DNA from: an uncultured delta proteobacterium
GTDB taxonomy: Bacteria > Desulfobacterota > Binatia > UBA9968
Direction: 5' to 3'
Assembly (NCBI GenBank): GCA_963816145.1
Contig: CAWFJP010000004.1
Span: 96,001 to 160,000, forward strand
DNA: 64,000 nt
In this document: positions 42,486-52,472 of the stretch, in pieces
Position numbering within the stretch: the stretch's first letter is position 1
Layout of the letters: each line of letters starts with the position of its first letter
Translations under genes and position numbers: made by a program
Notes under the pieces: generated by a model
Database searches by the model: none
What the model saw: the letters and a program-made list of their open reading frames with translations, nothing else
What the model was told of the DNA's origin: nothing

Positions 42486-42872
42486 ATGACGGAAAAAGAA
42501 GTCAAAGTCAGCAAACAGCATGTCTGGGTCGGCGTCGAAGACCGGCATGTCCATCTCGGACTCACCAACTACATTCAGGGGGCGTTGGGTTCGGTGCTAT
42601 CGGTGGAATTGCCGGATATCGGCGATACCATCGAAGAGGGCGAGATCTTCGCCGAGATCGAGTCCGCTGCGACCGTGCATGAGCTCGTTTCCCCGGTAAC
42701 CGGCCGAGTGATGGCGGTCAATCCGATGTTGGAAGATCACCCCACGATTATCAACGAAGATCCTTATAGCGAAGGCTGGCTCATCGAAGTGCGATTGAAA
42801 AATGAGAACGAGCTCGATTCGCTCATGGATATGGATGAGTATTATCACTTCGTGTTCAAAGATAAATCCTAG
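42486..42872 (+). CDS. glycine cleavage H-protein homologue lacking the lipoyl lysine
   Basis: HVWV, SPVTG and INEDPYSEGWL match GcvH, but IESAAT replaces the canonical ESVKA. Confidence 0.85.
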   Translation: MTEKEVKVSKQHVWVGVEDRHVHLGLTNYIQGALGSVLSVELPDIGDTIEEGEIFAEIESAATVHELVSPVTGRVMAVNPMLEDHPTIINEDPYSEGWLIEVRLKNENELDSLMDMDEYYHFVFKDKS

Positions 42873-43005
42873 GCCGGTTCTAAATTAGTTTCGCGCGCTT
42901 TCCCGAGGCCATTCTCGGCAGCGCCGCCGTTGTGGTATGACCGAAGCGTTATGGCCCGGTAATTTCCTGGGAAGTCGCAATTGTGCCGGCCATCCATTTG
43001 AGTTC

Positions 43006-43347
43006 TCACTCGGATGGCGCTTCGGCGCTTTCGGCCGGAGACGATGGGCGGCGCGATTCAGATTTGGAAAACCGATAGACGATTTCCCCAGGGCGGACCA
43101 TGTTGAGTTCTTCTCGCGCCAACTTTTCCAGATAATAATTATCGTGTCTTACCCGGGCGATTCGCTGGCGCAGCGCTTCGTTATCGCGCTGCATGCGGTA
43201 GTTTTGTTCGTCGATCCGGTTTTTCTCGCCGCGCAGACGCCAGAGGTGTAGCGCGCCGCGATCGCCGACGATGGTGGCAAGCGAGAGCAGCAGAATTAGC
43301 GAACCGAGTAGATAGAAGGGCCAGCGCGGCGACAAGTGAAACTTCAT
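43006..43347 (-). CDS. ftsB: septum formation initiator (FtsB/DivIC)
   Basis: TM helix, GDRG, coiled coil and EKLAREELNMVRPGE; adjacent to eno. Confidence 0.85.
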   Translation of the reverse strand: MKFHLSPRWPFYLLGSLILLLSLATIVGDRGALHLWRLRGEKNRIDEQNYRMQRDNEALRQRIARVRHDNYYLEKLAREELNMVRPGEIVYRFSKSESRRPSSPAESAEAPSE

Positions 43348-43394
43348 CGGAGTTAATAGCAATATAGCATATTTTGTGATTTTGTCTTGTGTAA

Positions 43395-44702
<1,308 letters not shown>

Positions 44703-44706
44703 CAGG

Positions 44707-45402
44707 TTGGGCAAGGGCGCGCCCGAGTTCACCAACGCGCGCTCCCGCGCACGGGAGACTCTGTCAGATAAATCCGCCCGTGCCGCCCGCATCGCTGCCG
44801 GTTTGGCGGAACTTTACGGCGACATCGAGTGCCCGCTGATACACCGTAACAACTTTGAGTTGTTGGTTGCGGTTATCTTGTCGGCGCAGTGCACCGATAC
44901 CGCGGTCAATAAGGTGACGCCTGAATTGTTCGCGCGATATCCTGATCCAATCGCGCTGTCGCGCACGTCATTAGCGGATATCGAGTCTTGTATCCGTACC
45001 CTGGGACTGTTTCGTGCCAAAGCAAAATCGCTCAAGCGCTGTGCCGAGCAGTTGGTCCGAGATCACAATGGCGAAGTGCCATCAGCGATGGAGGATTTGA
45101 CGAAGCTCGCGGGCGTCGGCAGAAAAACTGCCAATGTGATTCGCGGTCACGCCTTCGGTGAGCCCGGTATCGCCGTCGACACCCACTGCCGGCGTTTGTC
45201 GCGCCGACTGGGCCTAACCCGGCAGCAAGATCCGGTGAAGATCGAATCCGACTTGGCACGCATCCTGCCGCCTGCCGACTGGACTAACTTCTCGCACCGG
45301 TTGATTATCCACGGTCGGCGCGTTTGTTACGCGCGCAAACCCTCGTGCAACCGTTGCACGTTGACGCGCTTGTGTCCTGCGGCGAGTTTCCAACCCAGTT
45401 GA
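44707..45402 (+). CDS. nth: endonuclease III (second paralogue)
   Basis: LSAQCTD, GVGRKTAN, VDTH and C-terminal four-Cys motif; start uncertain. Confidence 0.88.
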   Translation: MGKGAPEFTNARSRARETLSDKSARAARIAAGLAELYGDIECPLIHRNNFELLVAVILSAQCTDTAVNKVTPELFARYPDPIALSRTSLADIESCIRTLGLFRAKAKSLKRCAEQLVRDHNGEVPSAMEDLTKLAGVGRKTANVIRGHAFGEPGIAVDTHCRRLSRRLGLTRQQDPVKIESDLARILPPADWTNFSHRLIIHGRRVCYARKPSCNRCTLTRLCPAASFQPS

Positions 45403-45522
45403 GCCTGGCTAGCTGATAGACACCGTGGGCTACTCCTATTGGGCAATCAAACCCAGTGGTCACAAGGTATCGCGAGCGTAACATTTCAGCGCCACTCGAC
45501 GGCAGTTCCTTCGCGCCGTAAA

Positions 45523-45732
45523 ACTGAATGACCCTCGGCTTAAGGCCGAGGGGTTCTGAATTCGTCGACTAGAAGTCGACTCTTCCGTGTCGTCATTCCG
45601 GCTTAGGCCGGAATCCAGGTTTTCTTTGGCCTTGCAGCGCGCGCGAAGATGGATGCCGGCCTTCGCCGGCATGACAAACTTTCTCTTCGCCTGAAGGCGA
45701 GGGATTTCAACCATCCCCGAGAGAGACATTAA
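45523..45732. mobile_element. probable non-autonomous IS200/IS605-type miniature element carrying an internal palindromic repeat
   Basis: Sub-terminal hairpins CCCTCGGC-TTAAG-GCCGAGGG (45532-45552), GTCGACT-AGA-AGTCGAC (45564-45580) and CTTCGCC-TGAA-GGCGAGG (45685-45702); internal GTCATTCCGGC...GCCGGCATGAC (45592-45675); no transposase. Confidence 0.55.
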
Positions 45733-45903
45733 TAGCCATCGACATTCCGTCTGCCAAGCTGTCCGCAGTTTGCAGCCAATCGTGCAACGACTATCGAACC
45801 CTACGGCTCTGTTGAAATACGACATCCCCGGAATGCGAACCGTCCCATGCATCGTTGGCTTAAACGTTCATCGAATCCCAAACGGTGACAATGGAGCCGT
45901 GCT

Positions 45904-46761
45904 CTAAAACTCGAAAGCAACATCCAATTTGGCATCCGGCGATGCGAGATGGACGCAGACAACATCCTTGGCATGAAATGGGTAGGGTGTCGTCGTGGTT
46001 TCGTAAATTTCCGGCGGCAGCATCGTCAAGTTAACGCCGCCTTCCGACAGTTTTGCGCAAGCGTTGCCGTTAGCGATGTTGACAAATTCTTTCGACGCGT
46101 CGATCGCCAGCTCATCGGCAGTGCTGATGGTGTCGTCCAACATCGTCGAGGCCATCTGTAATAGCAGCTTCGGCGGCACTGACAAGAGACAGTTGAACTC
46201 GACGTTCTCGCCTGCGATCTTTTGCGCAATGACCCAACGGAACCGCCGGATTTTTTCTTTGCCGCTCTCGCAGCGCTCGATGATGATGTCTTGCTTGCCG
46301 AATCGGGTGAACATCAAGAGCATCAGGTCGGTGAATGTCGTAACGATGTCTTTGTGCACCAGGGCGCCGAAAGCGTCGCTGACTTCTGAAGAGAACTTCT
46401 CGGTTTCTTTGTTGTATTCTTTGAGTTCACGTTCGAGCGACTCAATGGTGATAAACCCCTTGAGCATCAGCGCTTCGCCCAACCTTACCCGGTGACAAAT
46501 TTCCTCGACCTGTAAGAGGTCATCGACCTGGATCTGGGTCAAATGGCCCAACTCCACCGCCAATTCGCCAAAGCGCAAAGCCTTGCGTTTCTGCTGCTCT
46601 AGGATGTCTGTGACCTGGGCCGCACTTAGCCAGCCACGTTCCAAGGCCAACGTCCCGATCGGCATCGAAATGGTTTTTTGAAACTCTAGCGCAGCGAGCA
46701 GTTGCTGCGAAGTTATTCGACCTCTCTCGAGTAGAAATTGCCCAAAAAATCTCGTGCTCAT
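45904..46761 (-). CDS. tandem MshEN-motif / CheX-type phosphatase fusion
   Basis: Four 24-aa repeats resembling RLGxxLxxxGxITxxQLxxALxxQ; C-terminal KEFVNIANG (ExxN); ATG 46761 overlaps the cheY stop. Confidence 0.75.
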   Translation of the reverse strand: MSTRFFGQFLLERGRITSQQLLAALEFQKTISMPIGTLALERGWLSAAQVTDILEQQKRKALRFGELAVELGHLTQIQVDDLLQVEEICHRVRLGEALMLKGFITIESLERELKEYNKETEKFSSEVSDAFGALVHKDIVTTFTDLMLLMFTRFGKQDIIIERCESGKEKIRRFRWVIAQKIAGENVEFNCLLSVPPKLLLQMASTMLDDTISTADELAIDASKEFVNIANGNACAKLSEGGVNLTMLPPEIYETTTTPYPFHAKDVVCVHLASPDAKLDVAFEF

Positions 46762-47141
46762 AGTTCCACCCCGGCTTCTTGGCAAACGTTCTTCAGGTGC
46801 GCCAGCATGTTTTCCTTCTGCAGCGGTTTTTGCAGGAAGCTCTTGGCCCCCTTCTTGAGACAATCCTGGACGGTCGCCTCGGTGCCGATCGAGCTTACCA
46901 TCACCACACAAGCGCCGGTGTCGACATCGAGCAAGCGCTCGAGGGTGTCGACGCCGGTCACTTCAGGCATGACGACGTCGAGTAACACCAGTTGGGGCTT
47001 GATCTCCTTAAATTTCTCTACGGCCTCGGGGCCGCTGCAGGCGGTGGCGACGACTTCGAAATTGCTGCCGCGCAACTGCGCTGCGAGCATGGCGAGCATC
47101 GTTTTGGAGTCGTCTACGGCGAGAACCTTTACTTTATTCAT
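46758..47141 (-). CDS. CheY-like single-domain response regulator
   Basis: VDDS, LDVVMP and KP motifs; AGGAG RBS. Confidence 0.88.
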   Translation of the reverse strand: MNKVKVLAVDDSKTMLAMLAAQLRGSNFEVVATACSGPEAVEKFKEIKPQLVLLDVVMPEVTGVDTLERLLDVDTGACVVMVSSIGTEATVQDCLKKGAKSFLQKPLQKENMLAHLKNVCQEAGVEL

Positions 47142-47232
47142 GATGATAATCTCCTTCCTAAAATGTCCTTATCCTTCGCTTGAGTGACGTTGTTAATTTC
47201 ACGTTTATTTTTGTGCCGATAATCGCATTCGG

Positions 47233-48339
47233 TTAACGTCGGCCGCGCACTGGCATTTTCTCAATTGTCCTGCCGTTTAGGATCGCAGCGGCAATCCCGG
47301 AAAGATTGACGACCCGGTCCACCGCACCGTGCTCGATGGCCTCCTTGGGCATACCAAAGACCACGCAGGAGGCTTCGTCCTGGGCGAGGGTATAAGCACC
47401 GGCTTGTTTCATTTCTCGAAGTCCCTCAGCGCCGTCATTACCCATGCCGGTCATGATGACGCCGACGGCGTTGAGTCCGGCGCTCTGCGCCACAGAACGG
47501 AACAGGACATCAACGCTTGGACGATGGCGTGAGACTAACGGCCCGTCGGTGACTTCGACGACATACTGGGCGCCGTTGCGCCGCACCAGGGTATGGAGAT
47601 TTCCCGGCGCTATTAGCGCGCGCCCGGCGGCGATGCGGTCACCGTTAGCGGCTTCCTTGACCTCGATCCGGCAAGTTTGATTTAAGCGTTGAGCGAACGC
47701 CGCGGTGAACCCTTCGGGCATATGTTGCACCACGACGAGCCCCGGTGCATCAGTCGGCATGGACTCGAGGACCATGCGTAATGCTTCGGTGCCGCCGGTG
47801 GACGCCCCAATGGCGACGACTTTGTCGCTGGTAGTCCGCAACGGCAAGGCCGATTTATCCGCAGGTATGGCATCGGGGTTGAACCGCGGTGTCGCGGCAA
47901 TTGGGGGTCTGAGAGATCTTCGCCCCGTCGAGCGCGCTGCCGCCCGTACTGCGTCGATCAAAATGATTGCGGATTCGTGTAAAAACTCGCGCACACCAAG
48001 GCGGGGTTTAGAGACCACGTCGACGGCGCCTTCTTCGAGGGCTTGCAAACCGATGCTGGTGTCGGGACCGGTCAATGCTGAACAAATGATGACGGGAAGG
48101 GGATCTTCGCGGATGATCTTGCGGAGAAAAGTTAGACCGTCCATGCGTGGCATCTCAAGGTCGAGAATCATCACGTCGGGACGTTGATTTTTCATCTTAC
48201 CCATGGCGATGAACGGATCGCCGGCGACCACGACGTTAAAGCCCGGCTCCTGAGACAGCACCGCAGTCATCACCTCGCGCACGACGGCGGAATCGTCGAC
48301 CACCAGGATATTCAATGGGCCATGGTGAATGGTATTCAT
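47233..48339 (-). CDS. cheB: chemotaxis methylesterase
   Basis: REC domain plus GASTGG, QHMP, RPSVD and TGMGNDG motifs. Confidence 0.95.
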   Translation of the reverse strand: MNTIHHGPLNILVVDDSAVVREVMTAVLSQEPGFNVVVAGDPFIAMGKMKNQRPDVMILDLEMPRMDGLTFLRKIIREDPLPVIICSALTGPDTSIGLQALEEGAVDVVSKPRLGVREFLHESAIILIDAVRAAARSTGRRSLRPPIAATPRFNPDAIPADKSALPLRTTSDKVVAIGASTGGTEALRMVLESMPTDAPGLVVVQHMPEGFTAAFAQRLNQTCRIEVKEAANGDRIAAGRALIAPGNLHTLVRRNGAQYVVEVTDGPLVSRHRPSVDVLFRSVAQSAGLNAVGVIMTGMGNDGAEGLREMKQAGAYTLAQDEASCVVFGMPKEAIEHGAVDRVVNLSGIAAAILNGRTIEKMPVRGRR

Positions 48340-49280
48340 CCTGTTGTGAGCACTCCCCGGCTTTTCATTCCTCTCGGTCTCAGCGGAGTTTGGGGCTGGT
48401 CGGTGATCGTATAGATTGTTGGTACAATATAGCGCACTCGATCGGTAACTCCGGTCAGACTCTCGGCGTGGCCGACAAAGAGAAATCCGTTCGGTGCCAG
48501 GCGGTCGACCAAACGCTGGATCACGCGGGCACGCGACTGGGTGTCGAAGTAGATCAGTACATTGCGGCAAAAAATCAAATCGAGATTCCCCGTAACCGGA
48601 TAGTCGTCGTCGTTGAGGTTGAGCCGTTCGAAGCGCACCACCGAGCGTAGTTCCGCCCCGGCTTTCATATTGCCGCTTTGCTCGCCGCTTCCCTTGAGCA
48701 TATATTTTTTGAGGTAGCCCTGGGGAATCTCACTGGCTTTGTCGATCGGCCACATCCCGGCGGCGCCTGTGCTGAGCGCGCGGGTCGAGAGATCAGTTGC
48801 GAGGATTTCAAAGTCCCACCCTGAACCTGTTGGAAAGTGATTCCACAACATCATCGCGAGGGAAAAGGGCTCCTCGCCGCTGGAGCAAGCGGCGCTCCAG
48901 GCCCGGATATGTCGGGTGCCGCCGGCCGACCGATTGCGCTCCTTCCACGCGGGAAAGACTTCATTTTCGAGAAACTCGAATTGCTTGGGCTCGCGAAAGA
49001 AATGGGTTTCGTTTGTCGCTATGCGATCGAGCAGGACAATCAGCTCGTCACTGTGATCACTATCCAGAATATGGCGGTAATAGGCTGCAAATGAACTCAA
49101 GCCCAGTTCCCGCAAACGTCGCGTCAGCCGAGCTTCGAGCAGAGCTTTCTTTGCCGGGACGAGGTGGATCCCGGCCTCCCGATAGATCAGCTTTTGAAAC
49201 AGCACAAACTCACGATCCGAGACCGGACGAGTGGCAGGTTCGACGGTTGCTTGAGTTGGCGCTGAGGTCGGGTGATTCAT
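48336..49280 (-). CDS. cheR: chemotaxis methyltransferase
   Basis: TNETHFFRE, WSAACSSGEE and IFCRNVLIYF motifs. Confidence 0.95.
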   Translation of the reverse strand: MNHPTSAPTQATVEPATRPVSDREFVLFQKLIYREAGIHLVPAKKALLEARLTRRLRELGLSSFAAYYRHILDSDHSDELIVLLDRIATNETHFFREPKQFEFLENEVFPAWKERNRSAGGTRHIRAWSAACSSGEEPFSLAMMLWNHFPTGSGWDFEILATDLSTRALSTGAAGMWPIDKASEIPQGYLKKYMLKGSGEQSGNMKAGAELRSVVRFERLNLNDDDYPVTGNLDLIFCRNVLIYFDTQSRARVIQRLVDRLAPNGFLFVGHAESLTGVTDRVRYIVPTIYTITDQPQTPLRPRGMKSRGVLTTG

Positions 49281-49408
49281 GGTCAAAGTGTCGCCACCCG
49301 TTGATCACGGACGCGCCCATGGTGCGCAACGGCGCCGTCACTCCAGGATGCCTTTCGATGGGTCATTCTTTTGCTACCTTTGTTGCCGTTGGCTATGCCG
49401 CACCTTCG

Positions 49409-50983
49409 TTAGAATCGTTGATAATCTCGGTCATTGTCGTGATCTGGCTGTCGACGATCATTGTCCCGTCCGGTTTTAACCGACGGTAAGTGGTGCAGAG
49501 GAAGTTTCAATGACTGCTGCGACCGGTTGTGTTGGCGCCGGGTTGCCGCGGGCTGCGCCAATTTCACTGTTCCCCCTATTTCAGTGTAGATCTGAAACGC
49601 GCTCATTAATTTCTGTAGCTCTTGGGCTCGGGAGGCGAGTTGTCCGGCTGTGCTTGTCAGCTCTTCAGCCGCGGCTGCGTTGGTTTGCGTGACTCGATCC
49701 ACCTGAGTCATCGCCTTATTCACGTGGTGCACCCCGACCCCCTGTTCGCGCGAAGCGGTGGACACTTCTTGCACCAACTCCGCGGTCTTGCGAATCGCCG
49801 GCACGAGATCGTTCAGCAATCGCCCGGACCGTTCGGCGACTTTGAGGCTAGACGCCGTTAGCGAACTGATTTCTTGAGCTGCGGCTTGACTGCGTTCGGC
49901 CAATTTCCTGACCTCGGTAGCGACTACGGAAAATCCTTTACCATGTTCACCGGCGCGGGCCGCCTCGATGGCGGCATTGAGCGCGAGCAGGTTGGTCTGG
50001 TAGGCGATCTCTTCAACGATGGTAATCTTTTCAGCGATCGTATTCATCGCGTCAACGGACTCAGAAACAGCCCTGCCGGATTCTTCGACTTGGCGCGCCC
50101 CAGCAAGCGCCATCTGTTCCATTTGCCGACTGTTGTCGACGTTTTGGCCAATCGAGGCATTCATTTGCTCCAGACTCGAAGTGGTTTCCTCGACCGAGGC
50201 AGCTTGCTCACTGGTGCCCTGCGCTAGGACCTCCGCCGAGGATGAAAGTTGATGGGAGACCAGCGCTACCGCGTCCGCCGACATGCGGACCTGGGCGATC
50301 ACGAGAGTGAGTTGATCGACAAACTGATTGAACGATCGCGCGACATCGCCGATCTCGTTGTTCGCGCTGTAATCGATACGCTTGGTCAAGTTGCCGTCAC
50401 CTTGGGCGATTTCATTAAGTCGGTCGGCGACCAGGGACAGCGGCCGGGAGATCTCCCGGCGCATCAAAAATGTCAAGACAACGAATAAGAAAACTAAACT
50501 CACTGCCTCGCGCAGAATGATGCTCCACCAGCCGCGGCCGACTAATTTTTCAAGTGACGCCGTCGAAATCCACAAGGTAACTGAACCAATAGCCTCCGTG
50601 TTATTGAAAAACACCGGGCGGGTGACGGCAAGAGTGGCTGTCAGGTTGGCTTTATCGCCACGGGTTGCGTTGATCTTTCCGGATTTGTCTTTAACCTCAA
50701 TATATTTAATTGCTGGATCATTGCCGAACGCGGCGATCGTTCCGTTGATCTTGTACTGATTAAAGGTGAACAACGCGCTGGCGATATTGTCTGCTAGAAG
50801 ATCGGCTGTGCGCACGCCTTGTTTTTTGATATCCGCCAATAGCGACCGGTGCCCTATATAGCTGGTCAGAAGCGCGGAAAGGACACCGACCGCCAGCAAG
50901 GCGAGCCCGGTGACCAGGCTGAAACGAAACGCCAGGCTACTCCTGCGCCGTTCGCTGATCCGATTGAAGTTGAAAAAATTCAT
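49409..50983 (-). CDS. methyl-accepting chemotaxis protein with C-terminal pentapeptide
   Basis: Two TM helices, small periplasmic domain, [24 protein letters not shown]; ends in DYQRF. Confidence 0.93.
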   Translation of the reverse strand: MNFFNFNRISERRRSSLAFRFSLVTGLALLAVGVLSALLTSYIGHRSLLADIKKQGVRTADLLADNIASALFTFNQYKINGTIAAFGNDPAIKYIEVKDKSGKINATRGDKANLTATLAVTRPVFFNNTEAIGSVTLWISTASLEKLVGRGWWSIILREAVSLVFLFVVLTFLMRREISRPLSLVADRLNEIAQGDGNLTKRIDYSANNEIGDVARSFNQFVDQLTLVIAQVRMSADAVALVSHQLSSSAEVLAQGTSEQAASVEETTSSLEQMNASIGQNVDNSRQMEQMALAGARQVEESGRAVSESVDAMNTIAEKITIVEEIAYQTNLLALNAAIEAARAGEHGKGFSVVATEVRKLAERSQAAAQEISSLTASSLKVAERSGRLLNDLVPAIRKTAELVQEVSTASREQGVGVHHVNKAMTQVDRVTQTNAAAAEELTSTAGQLASRAQELQKLMSAFQIYTEIGGTVKLAQPAATRRQHNRSQQSLKLPLHHLPSVKTGRDNDRRQPDHDNDRDYQRF

Positions 50984-51085
50984 ACAATTGTCTTGCTACC
51001 TGACTTTGTTTGGCGCCGGTCGGGCGCTTGTTGTCCGGTCGCATGCCGACATTTTCTCTTGGTTCTTCACCATGTCGGGATTAGC

Positions 51086-51202
51086 TCAGTCGGCGATCTT
51101 GTCTGTCAACCGACCCGAACCGCCGCCACTCATCTGGTTTTGGACAGAGACTGCCGCCGTACCGAGCAAAACGGCAATTATAATCGGGATTGGGACTTTC
51201 AC
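51086..51202 (-). CDS. possible 38-aa peptide or gene remnant
   Basis: AAGGA RBS then GTG; MKVPIPIIIAVLLGTAAVSVQNQMSGGGSGRLTDKIAD; signal-peptide-like; below the ORF-track cutoff. Confidence 0.35.
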   Translation of the reverse strand: MKVPIPIIIAVLLGTAAVSVQNQMSGGGSGRLTDKIAD

Positions 51203-51225
51203 GATCCTTCTTGCCTTTGCGGTTT

Positions 51226-52470
51226 TTACAATTCATTGGTCCAGCGCGAGGGCTTGAAACCTGTCGCGCCGTTTACATCGGCGGCCCTTGCCGATTGATG
51301 CGCGCCGAGAGATCGTTCCTGTCTTGCCCGGGCATGTTCCTGCTGAACGCCTTGGGTCGGAGCCTGGCTACTGTTTGCGATTGGCTTCGGGGTTGAGCTT
51401 GGGGTGGTTGGGTCGACTCTGAACACGCTCATGAGTTGCTGCAGGTTCTCGGCATTGGCGGCCATTTGATCCGCGGTGATCGAGAGTTCTTCGGCCCAAG
51501 CCGCGTTGCGCTGGGTTACTTTGTCAACCTGCGTCATGGCTTTGTTAACTTGGGCTACTCCCAGCGCCTGTTCTCTTGACGCCGTCGCCACCTCCTGCAC
51601 TAACTCAGCGGTCTTCCTGATCGATGGCACCAACCCGACCAAGACTTCCCCCGACCGTTCAGCGACTCTCACGCTCGAAGAGGTAAGCGAGCTGATGTCT
51701 CCGGCGGCGATTTGGCTTCTTTCCGCGAGCTTTCTAACTTCGCTGGCGACAACGGCGAAGCCCTTGCCATGCTCGCCAGCGCGCGCCGCCTCGATGGCGG
51801 CATTGAGAGCCAAAAGATTCGTCTGATAAGCAATTTCTTCGACGATGGAAATTTTCTCGGCGATGGTTTTCATGGCATTGACCGATTCGGCAACCGCTTG
51901 GCTGCTTTCGGCAATGTCTTTGGATCCCTTGAGGGCCATCTGTTCCATCTGGCGCGAGTTCTCCGCGTTCTGGGTGATCGAAGCGTTCATCTCCTCCAGG
52001 CTAGCGGTGGTTTCTTCCACCGCCGCGGCATGCTCGCTGGTCGACTGGGTCAGATTCTGCGCTGAGGCCGCGATCTCGCCTGCGGCCTTCGATAAGGTGT
52101 CGGCGGTGCTGATCACCCACTCGATGGACTCGTGGAGATTGTCCGTAAAAGTGTTGTATGCGCGGGCCACCTCGCCGAGTTCGTCGCCTCGGTCGATCGC
52201 TTTCACCCATCTGAGCAATCCCGACTGTCCGTGATTGTGATTGTTGAAACGGTTGGCAAAATTGAGCAGGGGTCGGGCAATACTATCCGCCAGATACCAA
52301 GCGACAAAACAATTTAGGATCGTGAAACCAACGCCGATCCCGAGCAGGATATTGAAACTCGCGCCCTGCGCCGCCAATGCGCCGCAGACAGCGTAGCCGA
52401 GCGCGAAAAGGGCGGATAGTAGGTAGAACTTTTTTCTGATCGTCAGCCGTCTGAGCATCAAGCGTAACAT
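51226..52470 (-). CDS. methyl-accepting chemotaxis protein without a periplasmic sensor domain
   Basis: Two adjacent TM helices, degenerate HAMP and MCP signalling domain; ATG 52470 follows the upstream stop. Confidence 0.9.
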   Translation of the reverse strand: MLRLMLRRLTIRKKFYLLSALFALGYAVCGALAAQGASFNILLGIGVGFTILNCFVAWYLADSIARPLLNFANRFNNHNHGQSGLLRWVKAIDRGDELGEVARAYNTFTDNLHESIEWVISTADTLSKAAGEIAASAQNLTQSTSEHAAAVEETTASLEEMNASITQNAENSRQMEQMALKGSKDIAESSQAVAESVNAMKTIAEKISIVEEIAYQTNLLALNAAIEAARAGEHGKGFAVVASEVRKLAERSQIAAGDISSLTSSSVRVAERSGEVLVGLVPSIRKTAELVQEVATASREQALGVAQVNKAMTQVDKVTQRNAAWAEELSITADQMAANAENLQQLMSVFRVDPTTPSSTPKPIANSSQAPTQGVQQEHARARQERSLGAHQSARAADVNGATGFKPSRWTNEL

Positions 52471-52472
52471 CG

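Noticed and set aside
45460-45852. 130-aa ORF
   Set aside because: It reads through the palindromic repeat element and is likely spurious.
47215-47222. sigma28 -10 box GCCGATAA
   Set aside because: On the strand antisense to the che genes and lacking a correctly spaced TAAA -35 element.
50996-51088. Selenocysteine readthrough of the small ORF TGA
   Set aside because: No redox motif or convincing SECIS hairpin, and the downstream frame is uninformative.
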